64,000 nucleotides of DNA from Eledone cirrhosa (GCA_964016885.1 OZ024748.1:47678001-47742000); one strand, 5' to 3'. Counted from the stretch's first letter, positions 43,503 to 58,150 are shown. Program-made: numbers and translations. The notes: generated by a model not told the origin, from the sequence alone.

Positions 43503-44627
43503 TATATATGATGGCTGCAACTCGATTTCAAGTAATGTCCTCGCTTGATACGTGAACTTGAACATCACGAACGTGGCTTTTTAGTCAGTCTTAGGACTTG
43601 CCTATGGCCAACATTGCTCATTCAAAATGTCACATATCAAGCGATGCCTGTGCTTGAAGCTTTTTTAAGTAAGGAAAGGCTTTGCATGGAGCCAGTCCCA
43701 CTCTCTGAGCATCGAATGTATTTCCCCAAAAAGTAGAACTGTTCTACACTATTGGATAGAAATGAAGTCAGGGTTACCTTCATCTAGAGTCTACTGCCAG
43801 TTGGTGTTGTCCATAAAATCTGTCCTGTAATTCTTTCCTGGGGCACTCTAACCTCATATGCCCTTTATTTTTTTATTTTCAAAATATCAAAGTACTGCAA
43901 ATGAGAGTTGTCATCTGTTTTAATGAATGAAATTTATGATTTCACATATAGAGAATAAATAGATTGAACGTTAAGTCTTTTGTTGTTATATTTCTAAAGA
44001 AATCATTTGCTTATGTGCTTCAATGAGTTTTCAAGAATTTTGGAAATATTTGATAAAAGATCTAAGATTTTTACATTAATAAACCGATCTTTAGAACATA
44101 ACAAAACCTTTTTACATAAAATTATGTTGGAAGGTTTTAATTTTAATTAAAATAGAATGCAAAGGATTTCCATTGGTTTCGAGGGTGAGTGTTTCAGGTG
44201 TTTATTCAATGGTCCAGCCTGCTCATGAAATTATTCTATAAGTGATTCAGCATTCTTCAGATTTATGTTCTCTTAACTTAATTCTCAGGGAGATTTAACA
44301 TAGTAGAATGTTTGACAAGGCTGGGCCTTTCGATTATAAGTACACTCCATCTGGTGGGCCTGCAAACAGTTTACAGCTATCCAATTGCCCTCACATGGTA
44401 TGAGTCAACCCAAGGCTATGGTAAATGAGATTTGCTCAAATTGCCATGCAATTGGATTGAACCTGTGACAATGGTTATGAAGCAAACTTTAACAATTTGG
44501 CCATACTGTGTCCTCACTAATATATTTACAAACATATTAAAGTTGGAAGTTTTGAACACCAGAACTTGGGGTCGACATTGAGGTAGTGTTCATTGGGGCT
44601 GTTCCCCTAAAAAGATTAAACGTCTAA

Positions 44628-44703
<76 letters not shown>

Positions 44704-45710
44704 CTCCTCACTCTTTCTCTTTTTCTGTTGTTTTCCTCTCTCTCCCTCTCCTTTCTTTTTCTCTTGTTCTCTCTTTCTCTACATATCACTTTCTCCTCTC
44801 TATATATATATATAGAGAGAGATACCCAGCTATCTCTTACATCTCCACCTCTTCTCTCCCTATCCCTGTATATATATATATCCATCTCTCATATCTCCTC
44901 TTTAACACAATGCCACACTCAATTATAAAACTCTACCAGTGACTTCAAGTGCAGTAAAACACTAAAAACTTCACCATTAATAAGTAATTTGGCGTGAATT
45001 TCTATAAAAATTTTAAGAACTTATTGAATAAAATTGAGTGTTTGCACATTTTCAGTGTGCAGCGGAGTCCAGTTTTCCAATATGGTAGTTTTGCTGTCAA
45101 CTGCAAACTCTAATTATTGAATTTAGTAAAACTAAGAAAAGCCTGTCTTTGACAGGTGTCATAAAACTGTTCACATTCATTTATATCACAAACTTCTGAT
45201 GAAAATCTCTGCAGACTTTACCATTCTTAGTTTCGTTAGAAACTTCCAGAGTTCCAACTTTCTCTATCTCCTTCTAATATTCTTGTCTGTTTCTTCCATT
45301 GATGTATTTTGTTACACTTGACCAAATGTTTCAGGATTTTCATCAAATTCTTCAGAATGTTCATGTCTCTGTCGTTTTGGAGCAACTGACCAAACTAACT
45401 TGATCAAATAGAAAGCTCAATGATTCATAACTTCGATTTTGCTAAGCAATTTAACTATAAGGGTAGACAGTTTTTACTCTCTCTCTCTCTCTCTCTAACA
45501 CAGTCTACTTGGTTGCAAAGATGCTCCATATCTTATTGGAATACACAAATTTTTTGGCAATGATACTGAGGTTGAGGCATTGAACTCCCTCCAGCATTAC
45601 ACATCTGACTATATATATATTGCGTTTCGTTTTGTTTTTGGATCCCGCCGAAATATGATCTCACTGAAATTATATATATATATATATATAAATATATACA
45701 TTCATAAATA

Positions 45711-45754
<44 letters not shown>

Positions 45755-45806
45755 CATATATATTCATAAATACATAACTGTGTATATATATATATATATA
45801 TATATA

Positions 45807-46141
45807 TCATCATCATCATCATCATTTTACGTCCGCTTTTCCTCGCTTGCAAGGGTGGGACGGGACTGATTACGGCTTGATTTCTACAGCTGGATGCCCT
45901 TCCTAACACCAACCTCATTTACAGTGAGTGCTGGGTGCTTTTTTTTTTTTCGTGGCACCTCTACGACCGCTTTGCAGTGTAATGATAGGGACCCCAGTCC
46001 CTATCATCTCATTTGTACAGCTGAGTAAACTGGAGCAATGTGAAATAAAGTGTCTTGTTCAAGGAAACAAAACATCACCCGGTCTGAGAATTGAACTCAC
46101 AACCTTTCGATTGCAAGCCCAATGCTTTAACCACTAAGCCA
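45807..46141 (-). mobile_element. Full-length CORE-type SINE
   Basis: A and B boxes, CORE-like domain, RTE-type tail, (GAT)n. Confidence 0.88.
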
Positions 46142-46544
46142 TATACATATGATACAGTATATTCAATTCAACACAATTGTCTTGCTATCATTGGTTTCCA
46201 ATCCCTTATTTGGTTTAGTTTGAGCATTAATATTCCACACATGAGACATTTATTCAGGCAAATGTAAAACAAAACTAAGCTAATTGCCAGATTGGAAACC
46301 AATGGTAGCAACAAACCTGTATTGTAGGTAACTATACTATAATATTCCAGCTCTATATATTGTATAGAGTATACCATTTCCTTTGTCTGTTCTACAGAAT
46401 CATTCAACACTACTAATATAAATGCATATAAGTGTGTGTACGCCAGCATCAACAGTTTTCCAAGAGATGTAAACATGAATGGATCTGTTATTTTTATCTA
46501 AAGTCAACTTTTCCAATACCAACCTGCCCGTCCCTTCAATCTAT

Positions 46545-46684
46545 CTTATTTCTCATTCTTTCTTTTGATGAAGGACTAGCGTCCGAAATGTTAAGACCCT
46601 CTTTCTGCTATATTAAGCGTTAACCTAATATATTCCTTCCATATACTGTACCGATTGTGTTGTTATTTCTGTTTACCTTTTACA
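46545..46684 (+). mobile_element. pLTR remnant with hammerhead-like core 46565-46596
   Basis: TTGATGA-AGGACTAGCGTCC-GAAATGTTA-AGA with GGAC/GTCC stem II. Confidence 0.65.
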
Positions 46685-46707
46685 TACATACACACATATA
46701 TATATAT

Positions 46708-47075
46708 CATTTTCATAATTTCATTTTCATTTCATTTTACGTCCGCTTTTCCATGCTTGCAAGGGTGGGACAGGAACTCTTCTGGCTTGATTTCTAGAGC
46801 TGGATGCCCTACCTAACACCAATAACACCAACCTCATTTACAGTGAGTGCTGGGTACTTTTTCTTTTTTTGTCGTGGCACCTCTACGACCACTTTGCAGT
46901 GGAATGATAATATGGACCCCACTCCCTATCATCTCATTTCTACAGCTGAGTAAACTGAGCAACATGTAATAAAGTTTCTTGCTCAAGGAAACAACACATC
47001 ACCCGGTCTGAGAATTGAACTCACAACCTTTCGATTGCAAGGCCAACGCTCTAACCACTAAGCCATGTGCCTCCA
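46708..47075 (-). mobile_element. Full-length CORE-type SINE
   Basis: Same head, CORE and tail as the other copies; the tail here is (GAAAAT)n-like. Confidence 0.87.
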
Positions 47076-47694
47076 TATATATATATATAATTACCCTGTA
47101 ATCATACAGGAAAAACTGCAAAGCTGCAGGCCATAATGTGATTCTCTTTCTCTCTGCGTTTGTATTTATATATATATATATAAGTGTGTTTATCTATATA
47201 TGTGTGTGTGTATAGACATATATATATATAATGTATATATAATGTATGTCTAATGAGATTAATATTTAAGCTTAGAGAACCCATATTTTGTTGAAGAATC
47301 AAAGCTTTGTTGCAAGAATATGAATAAATCTTTACAATATTCTGTATTTAACATTGAGTTCTTTCTCATCTTCTCTTTTGTAGGTTACTACAATCACTAG
47401 ATCAAACCCCAGTCTCTCTCTCTCTCCTATATATTCATATACATGTGTATATAAATATATATATATATTCATATACACATACATACACATACACACACAT
47501 ATGTTTATATATATATATATGTGTGTTTATAAATGTATAAGCAAATATATGTGCGTATATATATATATATATTCATATACACATACATACACACACACAT
47601 ATGTGTGTATATATATATATATATTCATATACACATACATACACATACACACACATATGTATGTATATATATATATATACACACATACACACAC

Positions 47695-47786
<92 letters not shown>

Positions 47787-47788
<2 letters not shown>

Positions 47789-48105
47789 GGCCTAGTGGTT
47801 AGAGCATTGGCCTTGCAATCGAAAGGCTGTGAGTTCAATTCTCAGACCGGGTGATGTGTTGTTTCCTTGAGCAAGACACTTTATTTCACATTGCACCAGT
47901 TTACTCAGCTGTAGAAATGAGATGATAGGGACTGGGGTCCCTATCATTCCACTGCAAAGTAGTCGTGGAGGTGCCACGGAAAAAAAAGCACCCAGCACTC
48001 ACTGTAAATGAGGTTGGTGTTAGGAAGGGCATCCAGCTGTAATCAGTTCCCGTCCTACTCTTGCAAGCAGGGAAAAGCAGACGTAAAATGATGATGATGA
48101 TGATG
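47787..48105 (+). mobile_element. Full-length CORE-type SINE
   Basis: TGGCCTAGTGGTTAG (A box), GAGTTCAATTCTC (B box), CCTTGAGCAAGACACTT (CORE-like), (GAT)n. Confidence 0.9.
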
Positions 48106-48147
48106 TATATATATATATATATATATGTTTATAAATGTATAAGCAAA

Positions 48148-48213
<66 letters not shown>

Positions 48214-48240
48214 TATACACATACATACACATACACACAC

Positions 48241-48271
<31 letters not shown>

Positions 48272-48475
48272 GGTTTATAAATGTATAAGCAAATATATTT
48301 GTGTATATATTTATATATGTATATACATATTTGTATATATATATATATATAAATGAAAAGTATAGAGATTATTGTAGCAAGAAGCCAACAGTATTCCATA
48401 ATATATAAGTGACTATAGCGTCAAAGTGGAAAAATAGAAAAATATATATATATAAGTGTATACGTGTGTAAGTGT

Positions 48476-48523
<48 letters not shown>

Positions 48524-48839
48524 GAAAAGTATAGAAATTGTTATAGCGAGAAGCTAACAGTATTCCATATATAGATATATATATGCATCCTTATTGCACC
48601 ATTATTATTATTAAAAATACTATCCTCAGTGGTTAGTTCCTATTTAATATTCCTCACCCTAACCATTCTGTCCAAGACTATTTCCACCATTACAATGCCA
48701 TTCTGACATCTCCTAACTCAATTTTCTTCAAATCTGCCAATATGGAATATTTTTCGTAGATTTCTCAACAATGGTGTCGGAATTTTAAAATAATCTTTCA
48801 TCTTACCAAAATCAGGAAATATATGAGAATGTTTTGGTA

Positions 48840-48878
48840 TATATGTGTGTGTATGTGTGTGTGTGTGCGTATGTGTGT

Positions 48879-48910
<32 letters not shown>

Positions 48911-49396
48911 CTGCGTGTATGTCTATGTATGTAACTGTGCGTGTGTGTGTGTGTGTTACTGTGTGTATGTGTGTGTCTGCGTGTATGTCTATGTATGTAA
49001 CTGTGCGTGTGTGTGTGTGTGTGTTACTGTGTGTATGTGTGTGTCTGCGTGTATGTCTATGTATGTAACTGTGCGTGTGTGTGTGTTACTGTGTGTATGT
49101 GTGTGTCTGCGTGTATGTCTATGTATGTAACTGTGCGTGTGTGTGTGTGTGTGTTACTGTGTGTATGTGTGTGTCTGTGTGTTTTACAGTGTGTATGTGT
49201 GTGCCTGTGTGTATGTCTATGTATGTAACTGTGTGTGTGTTACTGTGTGTATGTGTGTGTCTGTGTGTTTTACAGTGTGTATGTGTGTGCCTGTGTGTAT
49301 GTCTATGTATGTAACTGTGTGTGTGTTACTGTGTGTATGTGTGTGTCTGTGTGTATGTCTATGTATGTAACTGTGCGTGTGTGTGTGTGTTACTGT

Positions 49397-49428
<32 letters not shown>

Positions 49429-50690
49429 TTTACAGTGTGTATGTGTATGTCTATGTATGTAACTGTGCGTGTGTTACTGTGTGTATGTGTGTGTGTGTCT
49501 GTGTGTTTTACAGTGTGTATGTGTGTGCCTGTGTGTATGTCTATATATGTAACTGTGCGTGTATATGTGTTACTGTGTGTATGTGTGTGTGTATGTGTGT
49601 GCCTGTGTGTATGTCTATGTATGTAACTGTGTGTGTATGTGTGTGCCTGTGTGTATGTCTATGTATGTAACTGTGTGTTTATGTGTGTGTTACTGTGTGT
49701 ATGTGAATGTGTGTGTCTGTGTGTTTTACAGTGTGTATGTATGTGTCTGTGTGTATGTCTATGTATGTAACTGTGTGTGTGTGTTACTCTGTGTATGTGT
49801 GAGTATGTGTATGTGTGTGTCTGTGTGTGTTACAGTGTGTATGTGTGTGAATTGTATGTGTGTGTGTGTCTGTATGTGTCTGTGTATGTGTGCCTGCATG
49901 TATGTCTATGTATGTAACTGTGTGTGTGTTACAGTGTGTATGTGTGTGCCTGTGTGTGTGTCTATGTATGTAACTGTGTGTATGTGTATGTGTGTGCATG
50001 TGTGTGTCTGTATGTGTCTGTGTATGTGTGCCTGCGTGTATGTCTATGTATGTAACTGTGTGTGTGTGTTACAGTGTGTATGTGTGTGCATATGTATGTA
50101 ACTGTGTGTATGTGTATGTGTGTACATGTGTGTGTATGTGTGTGTGTGCCTGCGTGTATGTCTATGTATGTAACTGTGTGTGTGTGTGTTACTGTGTGTA
50201 TGTGTGTGTATGTGTATGTATGTGTATGTGTGTGCCTGCGTGTATGTATGTATGTAACTATGTGTGTGTGTTTGCCTGTATGTGTTATTGTATGTCTGTG
50301 TGCACCTGTGTGTATGTGCGTATGTGCGTGTGTTACTGCGTCTATGTGCGTATATGTGTGTGTTACTGTGTGCATGTGTGTGTGTTATTGTGTGTGTGTG
50401 TGTGTGCCTGCGTGTATTGCTGTTTGTATTTTTGGTATTGTCCGTCTATGTAACTGTATGCCTGTATGTATCTGTGTGTGTTAATGTGTGTGTGTGTGTC
50501 TACCTGCGTGTGTTATTGTATGTCTGTGTGTGCCTGTCTCTGTTAATGTGTGTATGTTTGGTATTATATGTGTGTGTCTACCTGCGTGTGTATGTGTATG
50601 TCTGTGCGTGCCTGTCTGTGTTAATGTGTGTATGTTTGGTATTATATGTGTGCGTTTCTGCATGTGTGTGTGTGCCTGCCTGTGTTATTG
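48840..50690. repeat. Complex (TG)n minisatellite with GTCTATGTATGTAACT modules
   Basis: Directly visible. Confidence 0.95.
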
Positions 50691-50700
50691 TTGGTAATAA

Positions 50701-51612
50701 TCATCATCATCGTGAGTTTAGACAGGAATTGTCCCATGTGAGGCAAGATTGGTTGTCTTGCTCGTATGGCGGGTTTTCTACGGCTGGATGCCCTTCCTAA
50801 CACCAACCACGTTTACAGTGTGGACTGGGAGGTTTTTACCGTGTTACCTACACGGCCACATTACAGCGTGGACTGTGTGTGTGTTTTTTTTTGTCGTGAC
50901 ACCTACACGACCTGATTTATTTAGGACTGGATGTTGTGGTACCAACATAACTTTATATCGAAAGGGGTGGTGTAGATGGGGGTTGGGGTAGTGGGATGGG
51001 GGTGTATATTTGGTTAAGAGGTGCCTACTGACTGTAGATTTCACTTTGTACTTAGGCAAGGCGGGTCTTCTGTATTTCTGCGTAGCGCCAAAGATCTCGG
51101 TCCAGTGACATTGTCTTAGAGAGGTGCAAGTGTGTTAGTCGGAATTTATCAGATCGCCCCAGGTTTTTCTGGGTCTACCTATTCCGTAACTACCATCAAT
51201 CTCGCCCTGCACTATTTTATACAGCTGTCGTCTTTCATGCGCATCACGTGGCCATACCAACGTAGTCTTCTCTCGAGTAAACAACATCTGATCCCTTATT
51301 CCTAATTTCTCGCTTAGTTCATCTATGCTTTGCCGTTCACGTATATTACTATTACCCATCCAGCGGAACATGCAAGCTTCGTTCCTCTCCAGTCTGCGTA
51401 TACCCTCTGCATACAATGCCCATGACTCACTGCCATGCAACATTGCTGTTCGTATGCAGGCATCATACAGCCTGCCTTTCATTTTTAGAGAGAAACCTTT
51501 TGTGGCCAATAGTGGTATAAGCTCTCTGAACTTTTTCAATCCCATTCTGACACTAACTACTGTACTTACAGAGCACCCTCCACCACTGCTGCTTTTGTCA
51601 CCCTGGTAACGG
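50701..51612 (-). mobile_element. 5'-truncated RTE LINE, same family as 42098
   Basis: KKFRELIPLLATKGF..., 3'UTR and GAT tail. Confidence 0.9.
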
Positions 51613-52171
51613 GTAATATATGTGTATATATCACTACATGTGTATGTATGTAACTGTATCTGTGTGTGTGTTTGTTTTTATGGGTGCATCGATGTGTGAT
51701 ACTGTATGTGTATGTATGTGTATATATGTATATATGTGCGCGTGCATTTGTCTAAATATGTTTGTGTATGTGTGTGCATATCTGAGTTTCATGCATCTGT
51801 ATATGTGTTTGTGTACATCAATCTATGACTATGTATGTATGTATGTTTGTTAATGTGTGTATGTATCTATGTGTATGTATCTATGTGTATGCCTGTGTAT
51901 GCAATAGTGTGTATGTGACCACATCTATGTGTATCTGTGTTATCTAAATGATTGCTTTATAGTATATTTAATATTCAGGTGCTGTGTATCAGTGAAGGAC
52001 CTTATATATATGTATGTATATATACATATATTATTTTCTGTATGTATATTGCATATCTATACATCTCTCTCTCTATATATATATATACATATAGAAATGT
52101 GTGTTTGTGTGTGCATGTATGTATCTTTGCATTTATATACGCATATCTATACATCCATTTGTGTCTCTCTC

Positions 52172-52290
<119 letters not shown>

Positions 52291-53396
52291 GAGTGCATAT
52301 ATATAATGTTGATGATGATACATAGTTATAGAGGTGTTTGAATTTTACAAATGTGAGAAAAAAGTACTTTTATCTGTTAATTCTTCTTCTTTTATAGATA
52401 TTCTTTGATTCTTATTTTTATATTGCTTATCTTTTCCTTCCTATCAAACTGGAACTTTATCAAATGTACTCCTGTAGAGAACTCAAATCAATTTTACTAC
52501 GACTTAACATCTCCCTTTTCAAGAGATTTAAACTCTTTAGTATGCTCACAAGTGATTTCTCACTTATCCATAAATTTTCCTCTTGATTTTCCTCTTGATT
52601 TTCTTACATATAAGAAATTACTATAGAACACATATATATATATATATAACATTAGGCTACATTTTGAAAACCCTTTTCTCTCCATTTTTATCTCTCAGCT
52701 AAATATATTTTTTTTAATAAAAATCCCCAAAAAATCATAAATAAATCTATTTGAAATAACACCAAAAATACAGATATTTAAAAACAGAAAATGAAAGGAA
52801 AGGTATGTGAGTTTATGTGTGTGCATGTATGAGTCTATGTTGTGTGGGGGTGTTTTAGTCAATGGCATTCGTGATGGGGTTATGCTCAAAGCTGGCTTCA
52901 CTATTAAGCAAAATAGATACATTCTTAGGACATCATAAGAAGTATTGCACAATCTTATTTAAATTAAATGTAATGTATTCATCATTCCTGGAAAATAAAT
53001 AAAAAATATGGGGATGCACCATAATCTTTCAAGTACTTAGGGCCACAAAATGGTTCAAACTAACCCTGGTTTAGTTCAGCTCTCACCAGTGCAGCATTCC
53101 TCCCTTCATCTCTTTTTGTCTGAACTTCACAAAAGTGGTCCCAAATTAAAGAAACAAGTGGAGGAATGTCGTCTTAAAATGTGTGCCTTTATCCTTCTAT
53201 GTTGTTTACTTGTCTCACTCGCTTTGCGCGACTCACTTGTCCCAATAGCTTTTTTTTGTTATTGCTCGCACCAACCTGAGGTATATGATTTTTAATGCGA
53301 TGAAATACCAATGATGGTTGGCAAATCACTGACGAGGGACTAATTTTATAATATGTAACCCATGTGCAACCACGCAGTATTCCTCTTTCTTCTCAT

Positions 53397-53492
<96 letters not shown>

Positions 53493-53538
53493 TCAAACAT
53501 CCATTTCTCTATGCACACACATGCATCAGTGTTGTGTG

Positions 53539-53569
<31 letters not shown>

Positions 53570-53579
53570 ATATATATAA

Positions 53580-53895
53580 TCATCATCATCATCGTTTAAC
53601 GTCCATCTTTCACGCTAGCATGGGTTTGACGGTTTTATTCCATTTGATGCGGGGATGGTCGGGAGAGCATGTCTCGCTAGCACGGAATCGTCTCTGGCAG
53701 GTTTTTTTTTACAGCTGGATGCCCTTCCTAACACCAACCACATTTACAATGTGGACTGAGAGCCTTTTCACCGTGTCTCCTACACTGCCACCTTACAGTG
53801 TGGACTGTTGTGTCATTGACACAGTGGACAGAACAGGAGAGGGAGGATGGGGTAGGGTGTAGTGTCGGGGTGTACATTGGGTTAAGAGGTGCCAT
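53580..53895 (-). mobile_element. RTE LINE 3'UTR fragment
   Basis: (CAT)n, GCTGGATGCCCTTCCTAACACC, GGTTAAGAGGTGCC. Confidence 0.78.
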
Positions 53896-54145
53896 ATATA
53901 TATGAATGGAAGTTAGGAGTAACTCACTCAATAAGCAGTACAACCCCTACTGGCATAACAAACTCACAAGACAAATTTGAGGAGAATAGTCACTCAAAGG
54001 CAACAGGTCAAACTGAGAACAACAGGCTACCACGATCACCTTGAGTCAAAAATAAAAGAACACTTTTTCTTTTCTGCTTTTTTACTTAAAGCCTCTTGGG
54101 ATGTGTTTACCATCATTCATTTGGTATACAACTATTATGCAATAC

Positions 54146-54203
54146 ACACCTGATGGTGTCACCAGATTCATACGTAATCTGGCCACTGAAATGTGCATAG
54201 TGT
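54146..54203 (+). ncRNA. Hammerhead ribozyme-like motif (core variant CTGATGG), homologous to 31362
   Basis: ACAC-CTGATGG-..CCAGATT..AATCTGG..-GAAA-TGTGCA-TA-GTGT. Confidence 0.62.
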
Positions 54204-54294
54204 TTGCAGAAATAAATACTTGATGGAATTCAACCTGTCTCGCCTCTTGTCATTTTATTCTATGATATTATATATTATATATATATATTATATA

Positions 54295-54352
<58 letters not shown>

Positions 54353-54355
<3 letters not shown>

Positions 54356-56038
54356 TTATCATCTTCGTTTAACGTCCATTTTCCACGCTAGCATGGGTTA
54401 GACGGGAGTTGTCCGACTTGAGGCAAGGCTGGTCGGGTGACCGTGACTCGCTCATATAGGACTATCTGGCAGGTTTTCTATGGCTGGATATCCTTCCTAA
54501 CACCAACCACATTTACAGTGTGGAACTGCGAACTTTTTACCGTGTTACCTACACGGCCACATTACAGCATCGACTGTGTGTTTTTTTTCTCGTGACACCT
54601 ACACGATCTCGATCTCATTTATCTCATTTATTTGGACTGGTTGTTGTGGTACCAACTTTACAGAGAGAGGGTGGTGTTGGTGGGAGTGGAAGGATAGGGT
54701 AGGGGTAGTGGATTGGGGTGTATATTTGGTTAATAGGTGCCTACTGACTGTAGGCTTCGCTTTGTACATAGGCAAGGCGGGTCTTCTGTATTACTGCGTA
54801 GTGCCAAAGATCTCGGTCCAGTGACATTGTCTTAGAGAGGTGCAAGTGTGTTAGTCGGAATTTATCAGATCGTCCCAGGTTTTTCTGGGTCTACCTATTC
54901 CGTAACTACCATCAATCTCGCCCTGCACTATTTTATACAGCTGTCGTCTTTCATGCGCATCACGTGGCCATACCAACGTAGTCTTCTCTCAAGTAAACAA
55001 CATCTGATTCCTCTTATTCCTAATTTCTCACTTAGTTCATTTATGCTTTGCCGTTCACGTATATTACTATTACACATCTAACGGAGCATGCATGCTTCGT
55101 TCCTCTCCAGTCTGCGCAGGTCCTCTGCACACAATGCCCATGTCTCACTGCCATGTAGCATTGCTGTTCGTATGCAAGCATCATGCAATCTGCCTTTCAT
55201 TTTTAGAGAGAAACCTTTTGTGGCCAACAGCGGTATAAGCTCTCTGAACTTTTTCCATCCCGTTCTGACTCTGGCTACGCTCCACCACTGCTGATTTCGT
55301 CACCCAGGTAACGGAAAGTGTCCACTATTTCTATAGAACGATCTGGGCAAGTGAAGGAGCTAGTATCCTGTGGACACTTGCTACCTATTGCACCTGAGTA
55401 TCGGCCACAAATACAGTCTACATTCTTAGATAGTTTACCTGTGATCCCACTACATCTTTTATGTACCCATACTTTGCATTTGGGACATAAAATTGAATTT
55501 CTGCCTACTCCTTTCCTACACACTGAGCATGGCCATTTCCCTGAGGTTACCTGTGCCTTATTTTCCTTTCTACAAACTAGGACTTTAGTCTTAGACAAGT
55601 TAACTTTAAGGCCTTTTGATTCTAGGCCATACTTCCATGTTTGGAATTTCTTCTCTAGTTCAGACATTGATTCAGCTATGAGCGTTAGATCATCTGCATA
55701 TAGAAGTTCCCATGGGCAGCCGGTCTTGAACTCCTCTGTTATAGCCTGAAGGGCAATAATAAATAGGAGGGGACTAAGGACAGTCATGGTGAACACCAAC
55801 TTTTACACTAAATTCTTCACAATATTCATTGTTAATTCTAACCTTACTGACTGTTTCATTATACATAGCTTGTATAGCTCTCACAAGCCATTCATCTACA
55901 CCTAGTTTTCTAAGAGCCCACCAGATAATGGAGCGGGAGACTCTGTCAAAGGCTTTCTCCAGGTCTACAAAAGCTAAGTAGAGGGGTTTACTTTTAGCTA
56001 GGTACTTCTCTTGTAGTTGTCGTACAAGGAAAATAGCA
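54353..56038 (-). mobile_element. Longest RTE LINE copy, including RT motifs
   Basis: FVDLEKAFDRV (~55940-55970), LSPLLF and WELLYADDL; frameshifts and stops present. Confidence 0.92.
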
Positions 56039-56124
56039 TATATATATAGGAAAAAAAGTGTAGACCCCGACAGCTGAGCTCCGACCGTTTCAACAGCTAG
56101 TGTATGTATATACTCAAAGTACTA

Positions 56125-57218
56125 TTTTACAGAGGGGACTGGGTGTATTTTATCGTGTAACTAGCATTACTACTTTACAAGGTGAGCTAGGTATATTTTA
56201 TCATGACACCTGTACAACCACTTTACAGTGTGAGCTAGGTATATGTTATCATGACACCTGTACAACCACTTTACAGTGTGAGCTAGGTATATTTTATCAT
56301 GACACCTGTACAACCACTTTACAGTGTGAGCTAGATATATGTTATCATGACACCTGTATAACTACTTTACAGGGTGAGCGAGGTATATTTTATCATGACA
56401 CCTGTACAACCACTTTACAGAGTGAGCTAGGTATATTTTATCATGACACCTGTATAACCACTTTACAGGGTGAGCTAGGTATATTTTATCATGACACCTG
56501 TATAAATACTTTACAGGGTGAGCTAGGTATATTTTATCATGACACCTGTACAACCACTTTACAGAGTGAGCTAGGTATATGTTATCATGACACCTGTATA
56601 ACTACTTTACAGGGTGAGCTAGGTGTATTTTATCATGACACCTGTACAACCACTTTACAGAGTGAGCTAGGTATATGTTATCATGACACCTGTATAACTA
56701 CTTTACAGGGTGAGCGAGGTATATTTTATCATGACACCTGTACAACCACTTTACAGTGTGAGCTAGGTATATTTTATCATGACACCTGTACAACCACTTT
56801 ACAGAGTGAGCTAGGTATATTTTATCATGACACCTGTACAACCACTTTACAGAATGAGCTAGGTATATGTTATCATGACACCTGTATAACTACTTTACAG
56901 GGTGAGCTAGGTATATTTTATCATGACACCTGTACAACCACTTTACAGAATGAGCTAGGTATATTTTATCATGACACCTGTACAACCACTTTACAGAATG
57001 AGCTAGGTATATGTTATCATGACACCTGTATAACTACTTTACAGGGTGAGCTAGGTATATTTTATCATGACACCTGTACAACCACTTTACAGAATGAGCT
57101 AGGTATATTTTATCATGACACCTGTACAACCACTTTACAGAATGAGCTAGGTATATGTTATCATGACACCTGTATAACTACTTTACAGGGTGAGCTAGGT
57201 ATATTTTATCATGACACC
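56125..57218. repeat. 48-bp minisatellite, ~23 copies
   Basis: CTTTACAGDGTGAGCTAGGTATATKTTATCATGACACCTGTAYAACYA; period 56221 to 56269. Confidence 0.97.
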
Positions 57219-57559
57219 AATATTTACACTTTTCTGTGTAGGTTGAGTGTTTTTCTTCCATTATCCGGTCCAGGAATATCATCTCACCAGATAATCTGTC
57301 TTAGAGGAGGGGCAATTTTTCTATGGATATATTTGTGTCTTAAAACAAAGAGTACCATCTTTACAGACCTAGCTATAGATCCATCTCTGAAGGAAGAGGA
57401 GGGGGGCATTGACTATGTATTATTCAAAGCAATACTTCAAATAACGCACATACACACACACACACAGACACACTCACAGACACCCACACACACTAACACA
57501 CACACACGCACACACAGACATACACAGACACTATCCATTTGGCAAATGAGGAGGATTAG

Positions 57560-58150
57560 GATGAGGCTGTCTATATATCTATCTATCTATCTTAGGAGGA
57601 GTAGTAGTAGTAGGAGGAGGGGCGGGGGGATGTGGAGTGGGCGAGGATGAGGGGGAGGAGTGGGAGGGGGAAGTTCTCTATAGTTGTCTATCTTGGAATG
57701 GAGAGGAGGAGGAGGAAGAGGTTGTCTATCTATCTGTCTTGGAAGAAGGAGGAGGAGGAGGTTGTCTATATATCTATCTATCTGTCTTGGAAGGAGGAGG
57801 AGAAAGAGGGTGTTGTCTATCTATCTCTCTTAGGAAGAAGAGGAAGTTGTCTATATATCTCTGTCTTAGGAGGGGGAGGAGGGAAGGAGGAGGGGAAGGA
57901 GGAGGGGAGAAGGAGGGGGAGGTTGTCTATCTATCTAGGGAAGGAGGAGGGGAGAAGGAGGGGCAGGTTGTCTGTCTATCTAGAGAAGGAGGAGCTTGTC
58001 TATCTATATCATTTGTCTTGGAATGAGGAAGGATTGTCGGCTAGATTTATCTCTGTCATGGAATAAGTAAGACCTTCTCTCTAGATTTATGTTTCTTTTG
58101 AACAAGGCGTAAGCGGCCTCTAGTTCTAGTTATACATCTATCTGTCTTGG
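57560..58150. repeat. Degenerate GGA/TCTA-rich tandem repeat
   Basis: Recurrent GTTGTCTATCTATCT...GGAAGGAGG. Confidence 0.75.

Noticed and set aside
47787-47860. tRNA gene
   Set aside because: The A/B-box head continues into CORE and tail sequence and is multi-copy, so it is a SINE.
56100-57650. 516-aa repeat protein
   Set aside because: The frame stays open because the unit is 48 bp, variation is mostly non-synonymous, and the ORF runs into CA repeats.
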